In this document: positions 48,407-50,646 of the stretch, in pieces
Position numbering within the stretch: the first letter of the stretch is position 1
Layout of the letters: each line of letters opens with the position of its first letter
Source of the DNA: Octopus bimaculoides
Taxonomy: Eukaryota
DNA length: 50,646 nt
Reading direction: 5' to 3'
Assembly: GCF_001194135.2 (NCBI RefSeq)
Contig: NC_068984.1
Coordinates: 139,862,038 to 139,912,683 of the forward strand
Translations under genes and position numbers: made by a program
The notes under the pieces: model-generated
Database searches by the model: none
Seen by the model: only the letters and a program-made list of their open reading frames with translations
What the model was told of the DNA's origin: nothing

Positions 48407-48632
48407 AAGGCAGCGAGCTGGCAGAATCATTAGCTCGCTGGACGAAATGCTGAGCGGTATTTCGCACGTCGCTGCGTTCTGAGTTCAAATTCCACCGAGT
48501 TCGACTTTGCCTTTCATCTTTTCGGGGTCGATAAAATTAGTACCAGTTTTGCACTGTGTCGGTGTAAATTCGACTATTTCCATCCCCCAAAATTTCAGGC
48601 TTCTTGCCTATAGTAGAAAGGATTATTATTAT

Positions 48633-48663
<31 letters not shown>

Positions 48664-48900
48664 TAATAATAATAATAATAAAGGCGGCGAGCTGGCAGGA
48701 TCGTTAATTAGTGCACTGAGTTAGTTAGTGCTGAGCGGCATATCGCCTGTCATCACGCTCTGAGTTCAAATTCTGCCGAGTTCAAATGGGCCTTTCATCC
48801 TGTAAAGGTCGAAAAATTAAATACCAGTTGAACATTGAGGCGATGTAATCTACTTATACCGCCCAATGAGAACGCTGGCTTTTATCAAGATTTGAAACCA
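48407..48900 (+). mobile_element. Two family A SINEs (48407-48622, 48681-48900) separated by (ATT)n/(AAT)n
   Basis: Both have head, B-box and core; their tails differ (GCCTATAGTAGAAAGG versus CAAGATTTGAAACC). Confidence 0.88.
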
Positions 48901-49346
48901 GTATTACTCTCGTCACCATTATCGTGATTACGTATTAATATTTAGATAGATTGATTGATTGCTTGATTGCTTGTATTTCTATGTAAAGTGAAATATTTCA
49001 AAAGAATATTTTGCGGGATTTCTGCTAGGGATCTTTTATTAAAGAAAAGTCCAAACTTCCATGACTACCTTAAAAGAAGAAAACATAGATTAACTGAAAA
49101 CACATAAAATGAAAGGGAAAGAGCCATAAAAAATCTTTACATATTGCAAGAAATCCACGAGGAACAACAGTTATTAAAGAAATAATAATAATACAGCAAT
49201 ACAAAGAAGAACCAAAAAAAAAAAATGATTTGAAATTATAGAAAGATTGGATAGCTGATCGTTGAATAAGCAAAACTCAACGTATAAAGAGTAACGATTC
49301 TTTTATGAAAGAAACAGTTTTGCGCAATTTGTTTATCAAGAATTTC

Positions 49347-49455
49347 AAATGGCTGCGTAGTTAAGGAGAAAGGTTTGTAACCAAGTGGTTTCAGGTTGAG
49401 CGGCACATTTGGCAACTGACTTCTACTATAGCCTCGGACCGACCCATACCTTGTT
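49347..49455 (+). mobile_element. Degenerate family B 5' fragment
   Basis: CTTCTACTATAGCCTCGGACCGACC matches the B core. Confidence 0.6.
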
Positions 49456-49723
49456 CATATATATATACAGGCATATAGACATGTATTCATACTTGCGGAC
49501 ATGCACACACACAGAGATAAACACAGATACACACACATATGTATATGTCGAAAGACAAAAGAAAAACAGAACACAAAGGTCCTTCCCGCGCCATAGAATA
49601 AGGACGTAGGTTTGGGGCGGATTCTGTGACGTACATATTCTATTCCCCAGCCCTTGTACAGGGCACCAGTCCGTAGTAAAATTATTAGTGTTGTTTGTTT
49701 CGTTCCTTTTTTTTTTTTTTTTG

Positions 49724-49830
49724 TCAGCTGAGTAGACCTGAGTTACGTTAAATGAGGTGTTTGGCCCAAGAAACACGATGCACCGTCCAGTCAATAAACC
49801 GGAAAAACAATTTTACGATTGATTAGAACT
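49724..49830 (-). mobile_element. Degenerate D-type SINE centre
   Basis: Minus strand GTGTTTCTTGGGCCAAACACCTCATTTAACGTAACTCAGGTCTACTCAGCTG resembles the D centre. Confidence 0.45.
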
Positions 49831-50279
49831 CCCTAGCCATTAACCTGAGCTACGACAAACACTCACGCACACGCACATACAAGTCAACGATGAAAGCAAA
49901 AAGACACAGCTAGGAAACAACAGAACGTGAAAAACATGTATTCATGTGGCTGAAGTATTTTTGCAGTCACATAAAAAGTTCAGCTAAAATTAGTTAGTGA
50001 CCAGGAAAAACATAAGATCCAGAAACACAACCGGAAGATAGAATCATGTTAATCACGAATACTAAACGAACATCAAAACGAAAATTTCCCGAGAAATAAT
50101 AACAGGAGTGTCTGATTTAATTTCAATAATATGGCAGTGAATTTTTTGTTACATGGAAAAATTAATCTTTATCTATGTTTGTTATTTTTTTTTTCTCTAT
50201 CAACATATCTTTCAATAATAAGTAACATCTTGAGATAAATATTTGTAGTTAAACAACTCCGGTTTTAAATAGTAATTAG

Positions 50280-50646
50280 TAAACGCATAGTAGCTTGCTT
50301 TTTTTTTTTGTTTGTAGGTTCATCTGGGACTCTCGATAGGAAGAGGTCCAGCTTTGATTTAAAAACTCCTACATCTACTTTGTGCAGATTCCTCAGGCTC
50401 TTTGGGAGAATATTAAAAAGCTGTGGGCACCTGAATCCCAAGTTGTTGCAGTAACTGGTCCTGAAGCGCGATGGCATTGCTGGGATCTTTGGCACTATGC
50501 AGTGTCGTCCCGTTCTGGCATTGGTGTAGCTTTCAATGCCAAAATTTGGCACAATTCCTTCCAGGATCTTCCAGATGTATATTACTGCATACCTCTCCCG
50601 CCTTCTCTCCAGGGAGTAGAGTCTTAGCTGTTTCAGCCTTTCCCAG
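50280..50646 (-). mobile_element. CR1/L2-group (Crack-like) LINE ORF2 C-terminus, running off the window edge
   Basis: Open from 50645: WERLKQLRLYSLERRRERYAVIYIWKILEGIVPN...GPQLFN-like CPQLFNILPKSLRNL...FKSKLDLFLSRVPDEPT; ends in an A-rich run. Confidence 0.88.

Overview
AT-rich, repeat-saturated eukaryotic genomic DNA from a gapped draft assembly: 20 N-gaps, most of them bordered by (TA)n or (CA)n tracts. The SINE families and extreme microsatellite load resemble Octopus/cephalopod DNA; this is inferred from repeat content, not verified. I find no supportable host gene exon, rRNA, true tRNA or CRISPR array, so the window is probably intronic or intergenic. Most entries in the ORF track are microsatellite or N artefacts. 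The real coding remnants are all transposon fossils: a Penelope-like RT (1-360, minus), an RTE LINE (15403-15670), two clear and one faint R4/Dong-type RLE LINE fragments, a CR1/L2-group LINE 3' end (50280-50646, minus), an internally deleted piggyBac transposase (37907-38554, minus), a mariner MITE and a pogo/Tigger-like end. About 35 copies or fragments of four tRNA-headed SINE groups (here labelled A-D) share heads, cores and tails. The most interesting signal is a well-formed Type I hammerhead-ribozyme-like motif (42363-42425, minus). It lies in a ~300-bp (TA)n-flanked unit that also carries CCAAT, E-box and ETS motifs. Both halves of a related motif sit beside the Penelope RT at the window start, in opposite orientation. 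This suggests a (TA)n-associated Penelope pLTR/retrozyme family. A fold-back MITE with 37-bp perfect TIRs and a central (CCCTAA)n is also notable.
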